The notes: generated by a model from the sequence alone, not told the origin. Positions 12,520 through 24,322 are shown, counted from the first letter of the stretch. The stretch: DNA of 64,000 nt from Eledone cirrhosa (GCA_964016885.1 OZ024755.1:29202001-29266000), one strand, 5' to 3'. Translations and numbers: made by a program.

Positions 12520-14524
12520 AAATCACACGGAGCCAGGTTGGACGAGTACTGAGATTTTACCAGCGATGTTTTTCTCTGTCAGGAGCCACCTAATACTCAG
12601 GGCGTTGTGAGCCGATACGTTGTTGTGGTGAAGCAACCACGAGTTGTCCTCCAAGAATTCTCGACTCTTTTGGGGGTCTGAACAAAGCAAAGGCCACAGT
12701 ATCTCTTTGTTGACATTCTGGTTGATCGCCTGGCCCTGTGGCAAGCACTCTATATGGACGATGTCTCTCACATTGAAGAACGCGAGAGCAACATGAGTTT
12801 GTCCTTGGGCTTCGAGTGACCTGCTTTTTGGGGCCACGGCTGCGCCGGACTCATCCATTGGAGGCTCTAGCGCTTGATCTCCTGATCGTACTCGGAAACC
12901 TATGACTCATAACTGGTGACGACTCTCCCCAGTAAGTCTGGTTCGGTTTCAAGATGCTGGAAGATGTCCTGTCACACCTGCACGCACCACTCCTTCTAGT
13001 CATCATTCAGCAGCTTTGGTCCCATCTTCGCGCAGATCTTCTGAATGCCCAAATTTTCGGTGATAATCTTCCAGACGCAGTCACGGTTGTTCATGCCCAG
13101 CTAACTTGAGATCAGTCAAACAGTTAGCCAATGGTCACCTCACATCCCCTACCTCCCGCACTCAACGTTGGCGTCAGTCCTGTTCGTTGAAGGCCTTCCG
13201 CTCCTGGGGTTGTCTTCCACGTCCTCCCACCACTCTTTGAACCTTTTGTGCCACTCGAAAACCCGTGAGTGCGATATTTTCTCTTCTCCGTTCACTTGCT
13301 ACATTATTCTGACCGCTTCAGGCAGAGTTTTTCCCAGCCAGACCAAAAGCTTCAGGCTGACCGCTTCAGGCAGAGTTTTTCCCAGCCAGACCAAAAGCTT
13401 CAGGCTGACCGCTTCAGGCAGAGTTTTTCCCAGCCAGACCAAAAGCTTCAGGCTGACCGCTTCAGGCAGAGTTTTTCCCAGCCAGACCAAAAGCTTCAGG
13501 CTGACCGCTTCAGGCAGAGTTTTTCCCAGCCAGACCAAAAGCTTCAGGCTGACCGCTTCAGGCAGAGTTTTTCCCACCCAGACCAAAAGCTTCAGGCTGA
13601 CCGCTTCAGGCAGAGTTTTTCCCAGCCAGACCAAAAGCTTCAGGCTGACCGCTTCAGGCAGAGTTTTTCCCAGCCAGACCAAAAGCTTCAGGCTGACCGC
13701 TTCAGGCAGAGTTTTTCCCACCCAGACCAAAAGCTTCAGGCTGACCGCTTCAGGCAGAGTTTTTCCCAGCCAGACCAAAAGCTTCAGGCTGACCGCTTCA
13801 GGCAGAGTTTTTCCCAGCCAGACCAAAAGCTTCAGGCTGACCGCTTCAGGCAGAGTTTTTCCCACCCAGACCAAAAGCTTCAGGCTGACCGCTTCAGGCA
13901 GAGTTTTTCCCAGCCAGACCAAAAGCTTCAGGCTGACCGCTTCAGGCAGAGTTTTTCCCAGCCAGACCAAAAGCTTCAGGCTGACCGCTTCAGGCAGAGT
14001 TTTTCCCACCCAGACCAAAAGCTTCAGGCTGACCGCTTCAGGCAGAGTTTTTCCCAGCCAGACCAAAAGCTTCAGGCTGACCGCTTCAGGCAGAGTTTTT
14101 CCCACCCAGACCAAAAGCTTCAGGCTGACCGCTTCAGGCAGAGTTTTTCCCAGCCAGACCAAAAGCTTCAGGCTGACCGCTTCAGGCAGAGTTTTTCCCA
14201 GCCAGACCAAAAGCTTCAGGCTGACCGCTTCAGGCAGAGTTTTTCCCAGCCAGACCAAAAGCTTCAGGCTGACCGCTTCAGGCAGAGTTTTTCCCACCCA
14301 GACCAAAAGCTTCAGGTTAGTTTGTGGCTCTGTGTCCATCAATCGGCGGCCTAAACTTGAAGAGCTATTAACAAAAGCACGTGAAAAACATACAAAGGTC
14401 GGAGAGAGCTGAAATCGCAGCTATATACTCCCTGCATATTACATCAGGCAGTGACACAACGCTAATCCCTACACCACTCATAGCTCACGCACCACACCAT
14501 GTTATGTTTCTGAGATACCTTGTA
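12520..14524 (-). mobile_element. Decayed mariner transposon
   Basis: Minus strand MDTEPQTNLKLLVWLGKT, RVFEWHKRFK, degenerate VTSYES*VSEYDQEIKR (ITGDESW motif), WLLHHNNVSAH; TIR-like TACAAGGTATCTCAGAAACATAAC at 14501-14524. Confidence 0.85.
13309..14316. repeat. 48-bp tandem array, 21 copies
   Basis: Unit CTGACCGCTTCAGGCAGAGTTTTTCCCA(G/C)CCAGACCAAAAGCTTCAGG with one variable position. Confidence 0.97.
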
Positions 14525-15314
14525 TGTATATGAGGCTTCTTCTAAGTTGTCACTTGCACGGAGACTTTCTCCAGCCGCAACCTGGTGCAGCTTGTGACTA
14601 CCCCAGGTTCTGATGCACTTCGGGCTGAGGAGGGCAAACTCTCCCAGTACCGGTCTTTCTCCGACAGGTTTGCGGTCGTGCCCTTGGCAGTGGAGACTTC
14701 TGATGTCCTAGGCCCTAGGGCGACCTCCCTATTTGCCACCTGGAACCCCATTTGCTCGCAATAAGGAGAGATGGGGAGGGCGAGAGAGATGGAGGCGATG
14801 ACAGTGGGAGTTAGGCTCTTCTACGTTCGGACATACTGTACCTGTCATGTAGGATCATGTGATAATTTCATTTTACCTACTTGTATATCCAGAAAATATC
14901 CGCTGCTGTCAGTCATTGCCTCTAGTTTACATCCCTCCTTCGCCATCCCCATCTGAACACATGACCAATTCTTTAACATAATTGAGAATATTCCTAAAAA
15001 TAATGTTGTTCTGTGAAAAGACACAACTATACCAGCCCAGTTCTGGGGTCGATTCTTCCTTTATAGAAAAGAATATCGGCTGTGTTCAGACCTGGAGAGG
15101 GTTTGGCTCCGCCAGGTTTAGAAGTTCCCTAGACACGCCGTTTGACTGGGTCTCTACGACTCCATAAGGAGTTATGGAATCTTTACCCTTTTACAAGGAT
15201 CAAAGACAAGATTGACCTCGATGTGATTTGAAACCAGAACGTAAATGACATTAACGAAATACTGCAATGCAATTCATCTGAATCTCTACCGATTTTATAA
15301 GTTAGTACCCTTAA

Positions 15315-15515
15315 CCCTTCAGCATTTACTATTGTATTTTCACGGTAAACACTTTATTTCACATAATTATCACATTATCGAATCTGCAAGATTTTGATAT
15401 TATTTATTTTGAGAACATTGACTTAACATAAGTATGAGCAGCCGGTTATGACCGGTTTGAGTAGAAAGAGGTGAGAGAATTCTGGCCAGTAATGGCCAGT
15501 GTAAATGCTAAAGGG
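15315..15515. mobile_element. piggyBac-like MITE
   Basis: TIRs CCCTTCAGCATTTAC / GTAAATGCTAAAGGG with TTAA on the left and T-TTAA on the right. Confidence 0.65.
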
Positions 15516-16014
15516 TTTAAATACATTCATTTTCAAAAACATTTTATAAGGAAGAAAAAACAGGTAAAGTAATTTGTTGATTTCCAGGGAAATAACTCTA
15601 AATTTGTCGAGTTATTTCCCGTATACGCTTTGTTTTCTAAGATCGTCGTTTTCGGAATGTTTGCTAGACAATATAACTATGATCATTTTCTTTACTCTTT
15701 TTCAGTGACAGCAAGTGCGTTATGTCTACGAAGAATATGACAAATACATTAACATGCTAACTATATTAACTATAGCAGCATGTCTTCTAACATAGAAACA
15801 AAACTACCGATGATGCTGTTAACCGTTGTTTATATTTAATTCTTGTTTACAGTGCCTAAGGCTTTAACGATATTATAATGAGTTAAGGTAGAGCTTCTCG
15901 GGTTGAGCGCTACCGCCCCTCAGCGGGGGCTTGAGAAGGTCCAGGTGGTGCTGCGACCTAAGGACTCGGTAGAGATGATCTAATAGTATATTAAATATCA
16001 AATGATATATATAT

Positions 16015-16233
16015 GTATCGACAGTCGATCGACATTTTCGTCAAATTGGACCGAAGAAACAATGTTTCCATTGTTCTTTCCAATTGCTAATACTATCTAT
16101 CAGTAGCAACTCCAGGTAGAAGGAGCAACGTGAAATAAAGTGTCTTGCCCAAGGACATAACGCATTGCCCAGTCCTGGAATTGAACTCACAACCTCACGA
16201 TTGCGAATTCAATTCTCTAACTCAACCACGCGC

Positions 16234-16235
<2 letters not shown>
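16015..16235 (-). mobile_element. tRNA-derived SINE, family B
   Basis: Reverse complement of the 49807 copy; TCCTTGGGCAAGACACT core. Confidence 0.8.
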
Positions 16236-16284
<49 letters not shown>

Positions 16285-16777
16285 CATTCACAGACGGTAG
16301 TATTTGAATAATATATTATGGTCAACTTTTTCCCAACGACACCCACTTCTAGGACTTGTCACTAATTTAGTTCTCAACCAAATTTGATCAGATTTTTTGC
16401 ACTAGAATGGCCTCATTCCAGGCTACATTTTGGTGTAAGGAATTTGAAATGTGGGTCAGTAGAAAAAAAAAGTTCCGCTAAAGTATGTGTGGTCAAGTAG
16501 TGGTGGATAAGGCCCCTCATCGACTTTGACTCATCATAACCTTTTAAATGTCCTATCTCAGTAGATAGAACTCGATAAGCTGAATCGAAATTTGTCAATA
16601 TTGAAAAGATTGGTGCCATAGAAATCGAGTTGTGTGACTTTAAGTGACGAAATTAGATGAAGAGTAACGCTAAGGGACATAAATTTAGTATAAATTCATC
16701 GTAGATGTACTAAGTAGTTTCCCTTAATTATAGTTATTCACAAAAGGCTTGATGGAATTTTTGGAGATCCCCCCAAA

Positions 16778-17765
16778 ATGGCATATCCTTTTGGAAAAAT
16801 GATTCTTCTTTTGTTTGGTGATTTGATGCCATCTGTAAATGAAAAACCAGTATTTTCTAGAATTTCATCATATTATGCCAAAAGAACAGAAATTGGCATT
16901 AGTGGGCATTCGTTGTGGAAATACTTTCAATATGATGAGCTAACCATTAATATGAAACAAAAAGAAGACAAAGACAACTATGTTGATATTTTGGGAAGAA
17001 TTAGGATTGGTTCCCCATCAGACTCTGATATAAGCATTCTTCAAAAAAGATGCCTATTTCCTAATAGAAAAGAATCTGTTGAAGAAATTGCTAAAAAAAT
17101 TGATTGAATTGTATTCTATTCCTGAATTAAAATTTGTATGCATTTTACTTTTGAATGAAGCTGTTGATGAGTTGAATAATGAAATGATTTTAAAAAATGC
17201 AACATGAATGCAGTGAAACTTGCTGCAAAAGATTCTGGTATGAGACAAGTAAATGGAAGAAAAAAAGAAAAATGTTGAAAAAGGCAAAAACAAGAAAACT
17301 TCTGATACTGCTGGACTAGAAACTTTGCTAAATGTTGGAATTGGAGCAAGAGTGATGTTGACACGAAACATTGATGTAGATCAAGGCTTTATGCAATGGT
17401 GTTATTGGACAGTTATTGAATTAATTGGGAATGGAAGCAATGTTGACAAAATGTTGGTGTCTTTTGATACCAAAAAGGACAAACCCAGTTCCATTGGAAG
17501 AGTTCAAGCAGACTATGAAATTTCTCCTGGTGTTTTTGTCACCAGAACACAATTTCCATTGTCTCTTGCTTACTCTATAACAATTCACAAGTCACAAGGA
17601 ATTTCTGTGGATGGAATAATTGCTGATTTAGGAAATCAGATATTTTCTGATGGTCAAGCTTATGTGGTTCTTTCAAGAGCCAGAAAACTTTGCAATGTGT
17701 ATCTCTGTGACTTTGATCCAAGATCATTGATCGTGGTTGACAAATCTGCATGGGAAGAATTTACG
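16778..17765 (+). pseudogene. Helitron-type PIF1-family helicase fragment
   Basis: PFG..ILLLFGDL, LTINMKQ, ILGRIRIG, VGIGARVMLTRNID, RTQFPLSLAYSITIHKSQG, FSDGQAYVVLSR; frameshifted, intronless, 3' end interrupted by a SINE. Confidence 0.85.
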
Positions 17766-17784
17766 ATCTGCCTTCAAGTTCCGC

Positions 17785-18424
17785 CGAGGTTAACTTTGCC
17801 TTTCATCCTTACGGGGGGGGGGGGATAAAATAAAGTACCAGTAATGCACTGGGATAATTGCTGGCCTTGTGCCAAAAAAGTAGAAACAATTATTATTAGT
17901 GTGGATTAGCAGTATCAGTAGCGGGTCGGACGCCATGTTTTGCAGCATAGAGTTACGGCCCTTTACGGTCTGTGTTCAAATCCCGCCGCGGTTAACTTTG
18001 CTTTTTCATCCTTACGAGGTCTATAAAATATAGTACCAGTAATGCACTGGGATGATTGCTGGCTTTGTGCCAAAATTAGAAACAATTATTATTAGTGTTA
18101 CTATTATTACGACGCTATCAATTATATAACATTCCGTTAGCTTTGCATTTCAGTGCACTCCATATTTAGCATCAACAATCAATATGAATGATGCAGTAAA
18201 ATGTTTGACTCTTTACTCAATATTATTCTACATAGAGCGGTGAATTGGCAGTATCGGTAGAGGGTCGGACGCCTTGCTTTGACGCATAGAGTTACGGCCC
18301 TTGCCATTCTGAGTTCAAATCCCGCCGAGGTTAACTATGCCTTTCATCCTTACGGGGTCGATAAAATGAAGTACCAATAATGTACTGGGTGATTGCTGGC
18401 CTTGTGCCAATAGTAGAAACAATT
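17785..18424 (+). mobile_element. Three SINE family 1 copies
   Basis: 17785-17890, 17899-18088, 18237-18424; last has TSD ATTATTCTACATAGA. Confidence 0.88.
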
Positions 18425-19744
18425 ATTCTACATAGAATGTTCAAATTATATTTCTCTGGAACAGATTGAAAAGTGAAACTCGTAGGATGTAACAAATGAC
18501 AAGACTTGTAAATTTCTATTATATTGTTTTTTTGTTAAATCCCTCGAGGATATTTGCCTGCATAGTAGAATTATCTTGAAGGGAAAGTAATGACATGAAT
18601 ATTTGTTTGGATTCTATAGTCTTCAATAATCTACATACATTGTCTAAGTAATGTTACCGTGTGTGTATATGATATACTTGAAAAATTAGTTGAATTAGAT
18701 TCCGTGCATGTTAATATATATAGCAGAATTTTATCCTAATTTGGCATAAGTTTGGGAATAGAAAAACCTCGGAAATTAAGATAACATCACTGCATATATA
18801 TATAAGGAAATTTACATATAGACGTTTTCTTTATAAGGATGTCAAAAGGTTTTCTTTCTTCTAACGTCATAATGTTAGTTTATTTATATATTATTAGAAT
18901 ATTAAGCATGTAATTTCATATTTGACAAGGAATATTTTCTCATGCGTCATGCATATGACAAGAGGAGATTTCACAGTAAGCTAATTCCACGAATAAATTT
19001 TGAATGCTCACTGAAATAAAGAACTATTATCGAGGGAAATAATGCCCTTGATGGTCACCGAAATATTTGGCAGTCTTTCAAATGTTTTGCTATGAAGCTG
19101 ATCTTTGGTTACTGTTTTGTATATTTTTCTTTCTATTGTTGAAGTGTAGAGACTGGCTTAAAATGACAATAATGTTGATAATTAATGAAGCATTAGTTAC
19201 ATGAGAGAAAATAGAATTGAAAGATTATATGAGGGATGTTATTCGATGTTTATGTTATTCAGTGACGGCCTTCAGCCGCCGAATTTCTGATCATTCCTTT
19301 GATATGAATGGAAGCAATATGTCTGTGTTTCATTGAAATGCGCATAGCTTTTCTTTAAAACAAAGTACGTTGACTACAGATATATTGTTACTGTTTAGAG
19401 ACGTATAAAAATCTGAATATATGAAAATCTCTTTCAATGAGTTAAAATATGTGAACAAATACAATAAAAAAAATGTCCATCGGTCTCTATAAGATGTTAT
19501 ACAAAATGAATATTTGATCATGGAATGTGTTATTCAGATAGTGGAAATATTAAGAAAAAGAATGAATTATGGAACTGTTAGATTAACATACGGTTAAGCG
19601 TTTAAAATATCCACTCCCCTTAATAATTTAATGCTGTGATCCAACATTAACACATCATTATCAAACATTCTATCATAACGAAAACATTAAACTACACTCA
19701 GACACAACCACTACAGAATCATCAGTATTATAATATTGCTAGGG

Positions 19745-20044
19745 CGAGGTTAACTTTGCCTTTCATCCTTACGGGGTCGATAAAATAAAGTACCAGTAAT
19801 GCACTGGGTAATTGCTGGCCTTGTGCCTAAAGTAGAAACAATTATAATATTGCTAGGGCAGTGAATTGGCAGTATCAGTAGAGGGTTGGACGCCATGCTT
19901 TCTCGCATAGTTACGTCTCTTTACGGTTTGAGTTCAAATCCAGTTGAGGTTAACTTTGCCTTTCATCCTTACGGGGTCGATAAAATAAAGTACCAATAAT
20001 GCACTGGATAATTGCTGGCCTTGTGCCAAAAGTAGAAACAATTA
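19745..20044 (+). mobile_element. Tandem SINE family 1 pair
   Basis: ATTATAATATTGCTA occurs before, between and after the two copies. Confidence 0.88.
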
Positions 20045-20102
20045 TAATATTGCTACTATTATCAGCGATCAGCCATTGCTATATCTTTCACTAACTATGC
20101 AT

Positions 20103-20983
20103 ATACACGAGTGTCGACTGAGATGTTCATAGGCTGACAATGACGGATTGATGCTAGACCTGTGAAATCTTGCATGCGTTAATTTTAACAACTCGTCTTG
20201 TTTCTTTCCAGGGAAAATCTTGAAAAATAAACGTCATTTGGTCATTCCATGAGAGTATCTTAGTCAACCTATGAAGGAGTGATGCTAGAGCTGTGGAATC
20301 TGGCATGCATTAATTTCAAATCTTCTTAATTGCATTGCTTCTTTCCTGGGTCTATGCTGAAAATTAAATGGCATTTGTTGGTTCCATGAGAGTATCTTGG
20401 TCAGCCTATGAAGGAGTGATGCTAGTACTGTGAAATCTTGCATACATTAATTTCAACTTCTTATTAATAACTGCATTGTTTCGTTCCAGGGACCATGTTG
20501 AAAAATAAACCTCATTTGATCGTTCCATGAGAGTATCTTGGTGATTTTATGAAGGGCTGTGAAATCTTGCATGCATTTATTTCAACTCTTCTTATTAATA
20601 ACTGCATTATTTCTTTCCAGGGACTATGTTGAAAAATAAACCTCATTTGGTCATTCCATGAGTGTATCTTGGTCAGCCTATGAAGGAGTGATGCTAGAGG
20701 TGTGAAATATTGCATACATTAATTTCAACTCTTCTTATTAATAACTGTTTTATTTCTTTCCAGGGACTATGTTGAAAAATAAACATCATTTGTTCATTCC
20801 ATGAGAGTATCTTGGTCAGCCTATGAAGGAGTGATGCTAGAGGTGTGAAATATTGCATACATTAATTTCAACTCTTCTTATTAATAACTGTTTTATTTCT
20901 TTCCAGGGACTATGTTGAAAAATAAACATCATTTGTTCATTCCATGAGAGTATCTTGGACAGGCTATGAATTTTAGCCTCGTA
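20103..20983. mobile_element. Tc1/mariner-like MITE containing ~6 tandem copies of a 130-143-bp unit
   Basis: Ends TACACGAG...TTCATAGGCTGAC and G.CAG.CTATGAA...CTCGTA are inverted; unit GATGCTAG..TGTGAAATCTTGCAT..TTCCATGAGAGTATCTTGGTCAGCCTATGAAGGAGT. Confidence 0.65.
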
Positions 20984-21289
20984 CTTAAAATATTTTGAAG
21001 TTGAATGAATTGTTGAGAATTAAATAATGTTACGATAGTTATTGCACAACGATACGGTTGTCTATAGTTGCCTACCACAAGCGATGATGATGTTTGTCTA
21101 GCGCATTATCAAATCTAATATTCATATTAATGTATGATATTAACAATATCCGGAGTAGACACTGGCTTATATTTAATTAGTGATTCTCTCTAAGTTATTA
21201 CTTAGGAAAGTGTTTTGAAGTATATGAGTCACTTCACTGATGGTGTCCATAATAAGTTTGAACCAATCCTCGCTTCTACTTCATGAACT

Positions 21290-21535
21290 AATTACCCCAG
21301 TGCATTACTGGTACTTTATTTATCGACCGCCGTAAGGATGAAAAGCAAAGTTAACCTCGGCGGGATTTGAACTCAGAACGTAAAGGGCCGTGACTCTAAG
21401 CCACAAAACATTTCGTCCGACGCTCTGCCGATACTGCCAATCCGCTGCCCTTAATAATAGCTGTTTCTACTTTTGGCACAAGGCCAGTAATTACCCCAGT
21501 GCATTACTGGTACTTTATTTCATCGACCCTGATAG
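21290..21535 (-). mobile_element. SINE family 1 copies
   Basis: One near-full and one 5'-truncated copy. Confidence 0.8.
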
Positions 21536-22171
21536 AATGAAATGGTATTCTCGATGTGCTGAAATAGGTCACGGTATTGCAAAAGCGAGTCTGGTCAAAT
21601 CGGGTACCACGAGAAACACAAAGCTCCCTCTGCATGTTACCTGAGTTCTTACAGGCCCTGTTATATGGATGGGGGACACGGACAGCTTACAGGCATCACA
21701 CCAGGCTGTTGGATAACCAGAACTACGTGATTGCATCTACAGTCATAGAACATGCACACTTGATAACAAATGCCTCTCTGAGGTGCTTGTGAACTTGGCT
21801 ATTATTTCCAGCAAAGCCAGTGGCTATGCATAAGATCGTTTTATCATTGCCTTGTCTTATTCTATTGTTCACCATTTCAATATGATCTTTTTGTTTCGGT
21901 GGGCTATTTAAAACATTAGAATACATTCGGTGATACAACAATACACCTAACTAACAATAGAAGGAAGTGACACGTGAAGCTAGTTAGTTAGTTACCTGTA
22001 AGAAAACATATATAATTTCATTTGACTAAATGTATTAGTTTCCACGTATTATCGGAAAGAAAATCTTGATTTCTACATTCTCATAGGCGTCGAACGAATA
22101 TAGCGAAACACCTTAACAAAAACTAATGGCAATGGTTAGTTTGGCGTCCCCCCTTTCTATCTCTATCTATC

Positions 22172-22203
<32 letters not shown>

Positions 22204-22267
22204 AATGAATGAATGATTTCTGTTTTTTGTTTTTAAAATCCAAATTCAATAAACAGACCATGATTTT

Positions 22268-22325
22268 TTCATTCTGATGATTGAAAGCAAATTTTTTTGC
22301 TTTTAAGAAACCACTGGTAAATGGA
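22268..22325 (+). ncRNA. Minimal type-I hammerhead ribozyme (fully paired)
   Basis: TTCATT-CTGATGA-TTGAAAGCAAA tttt TTTGCTTTTAA-GAAA-CC act GG-TA-AATGGA; GUA site; ~20 bp upstream of (TA)n. Confidence 0.85.
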
Positions 22326-22344
22326 ATAATTGCCTTATGTTGTT

Positions 22345-22421
<77 letters not shown>

Positions 22422-22425
22422 GAAT

Positions 22426-22457
<32 letters not shown>

Positions 22458-22495
22458 GATAGATATAGATATAGATATATAGATATATATATATA

Positions 22496-22688
22496 GGAAC
22501 AAGTAAGATCCCGATGGCTGAGCTCAAGCCGTTTCGACGGCTAATTCTGGAATCCCAGAATTAGCCGTCGAAACGGCTTGAGCTCAGCCATCGGGGTCTT
22601 ACTTGTTCCTATTACCCACTCTACTACCCTAAGTATTGGGTGCTTTGGTGCGTTATGGTCCACCTGGTTCCTTACCACATATCCTTCG

Positions 22689-22690
<2 letters not shown>
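22496..22690 (+). mobile_element. Fold-back PLE-pLTR-like element (family A) in (TA)n
   Basis: Inverted arms centred at ~22553 plus tail CCTATTACCCACTCTACTACCCTAAG...CCTTCGTT(TA)n; relatives at ~433-585, 7369-7477, 22730-22866, 25315-25455, 26736-26890, 32152-32282, 34270-34452, 34482-34640, 48254-48670, 60437-60573. Confidence 0.75.
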
Positions 22691-22732
<42 letters not shown>

Positions 22733-22870
22733 AAGGAAATGTAGTTGGGAACCAGGAGGACCACAAAGCACCAGAGTACTCGATACTCTAGGTAATAGAG
22801 TGAGTCCAGAAATAGCCGTCGAAACGGCTTGAGCTCTGCCGTCGGGGTCCTGCACCTCTTTTCCTATATT

Positions 22871-23025
22871 GGACCGGGCGATGCGTTATGTCCTTGAGCA
22901 AGACACTTTCTTTCACGTAGCTCCCTCTACATGGGGTTGCTACCAATAGATAGTACTACCAACTGGAAAGACCAACGGAAACATTGTGTCCCCGGTCCGA
23001 TTTGACGATAGTCGATCGATTTTTT
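22871..23025 (+). mobile_element. 5'-truncated SINE family B
   Basis: GATGCGTTATGTCCTTGAGCAAGACACT...TTTGACGATAGTCGATC then (TA)n. Confidence 0.75.
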
Positions 23026-23027
23026 TC

Positions 23028-23086
<59 letters not shown>

Positions 23087-23366
23087 GAGAAATAAAATTA
23101 TAATTTCCTATATGAATATATATATGTACATATATATATATATATATATATGTGTGTTCCTCGTCTGAGTATACTGTTCTCATAACAGCAACAAACACAT
23201 GAATTACATCGTGATTCCATGGGAGAAACGTGCAAATAATTATAATTGTTTCTATTTTGGGCACAAGGCAAGCAATAACTCCAGTGCATTACTGGTACTT
23301 TATTTTATCGGCCCCGTAAGGGTGAAAGGCAAAGTTAACATCGGCGGGATCATCTTTATTAACGTT

Positions 23367-23416
<50 letters not shown>

Positions 23417-23429
23417 TAAAGTTAATCCT

Positions 23430-23870
23430 TCATCAGTGATCTTCCATCATTGGTATTTCATCGCTTTAAAGACCATATACCGCCGGTTGGTGCGAGCAAC
23501 GGCTAAAAAATGTCGTTGGAACACGTATATAAAGGGGACACGAGAGTGTAAACAAACAAAGATGGTGAAGCAACGAAAAGTGAAGAAGAACGAGTCAAGT
23601 CCCAAATTTCCATGAATATATGTTCGGTGAAATCGTGAACGAGAGAGAATAAAGACCATCAAACTTGGTTGATAAAGTTTTCGTGAAATAGTCTTTTCAA
23701 GACTATACAGAGCATTTGAAGTTGTCCTAAATTGAAGGTTGAGTACTTTAGACTTTGTTTTATCATGAGTTAAGGCTCGATTGATTTTTCCCTGGATTTC
23801 TCTAAATTCTGTTGGGTGAATATCCTGATTTATTTTGAATTGAGCCTGAATTATTTTTCCCATATCTTAT
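23430..23870 (-). mobile_element. Possible Penelope-like element 3' end (GIY-YIG C-terminus-like remnant, UTR, truncated hammerhead 5' half)
   Basis: KVLN...LYSLEKTISRKLYQPSL resembles the I/L..LE..I..L.P.LN end of PLE endonucleases; CTGATGA at 23430-23436(-) next to (TA)n. Confidence 0.4.
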
Positions 23871-23956
23871 GTTAACTATCTTCCCATTTTGACGCTATAG
23901 TCACATATATGTTATGGAATACTGTTAGCTTCTCGCTACAACATTTTCTATACTTT

Positions 23957-24102
<146 letters not shown>

Positions 24103-24138
24103 TTCCGAAGGAAAAGCAAAGGAAAAAAATATTCGATC

Positions 24139-24322
24139 GATTGGCAGTATCGGTAAAGGGTCGGACGCCATGCTTTGACGCATAGAGTTACGGCCCTTTA
24201 TGGTCTGACCTCAAATGCCGCCGAGGTTAACTTTGCCTTTCATCCTTACGTGGTCGATAAAATAAAGTACCAGTAATACACGGGGATAATTGCTGGCCTT
24301 GTGCCAAAAGTAGAAACAATTA
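24139..24322 (+). mobile_element. SINE family 1
   Basis: Consensus match; further fragments at 23243(-), 26259(+), 27320(+), 27985(+). Confidence 0.85.

Noticed and set aside
13309-14316. CRISPR-like array
   Set aside because: No unique spacers, no cas genes, eukaryotic context
13168-14412. 414-, 361- and 347-aa repetitive ORFs
   Set aside because: Produced by a stop-free 48-bp array inside a dead mariner; the transposase frame stops right after the array
16778-17828. Host PIF1 gene
   Set aside because: Intronless, frameshifted, partial, and the ORF tail is SINE sequence
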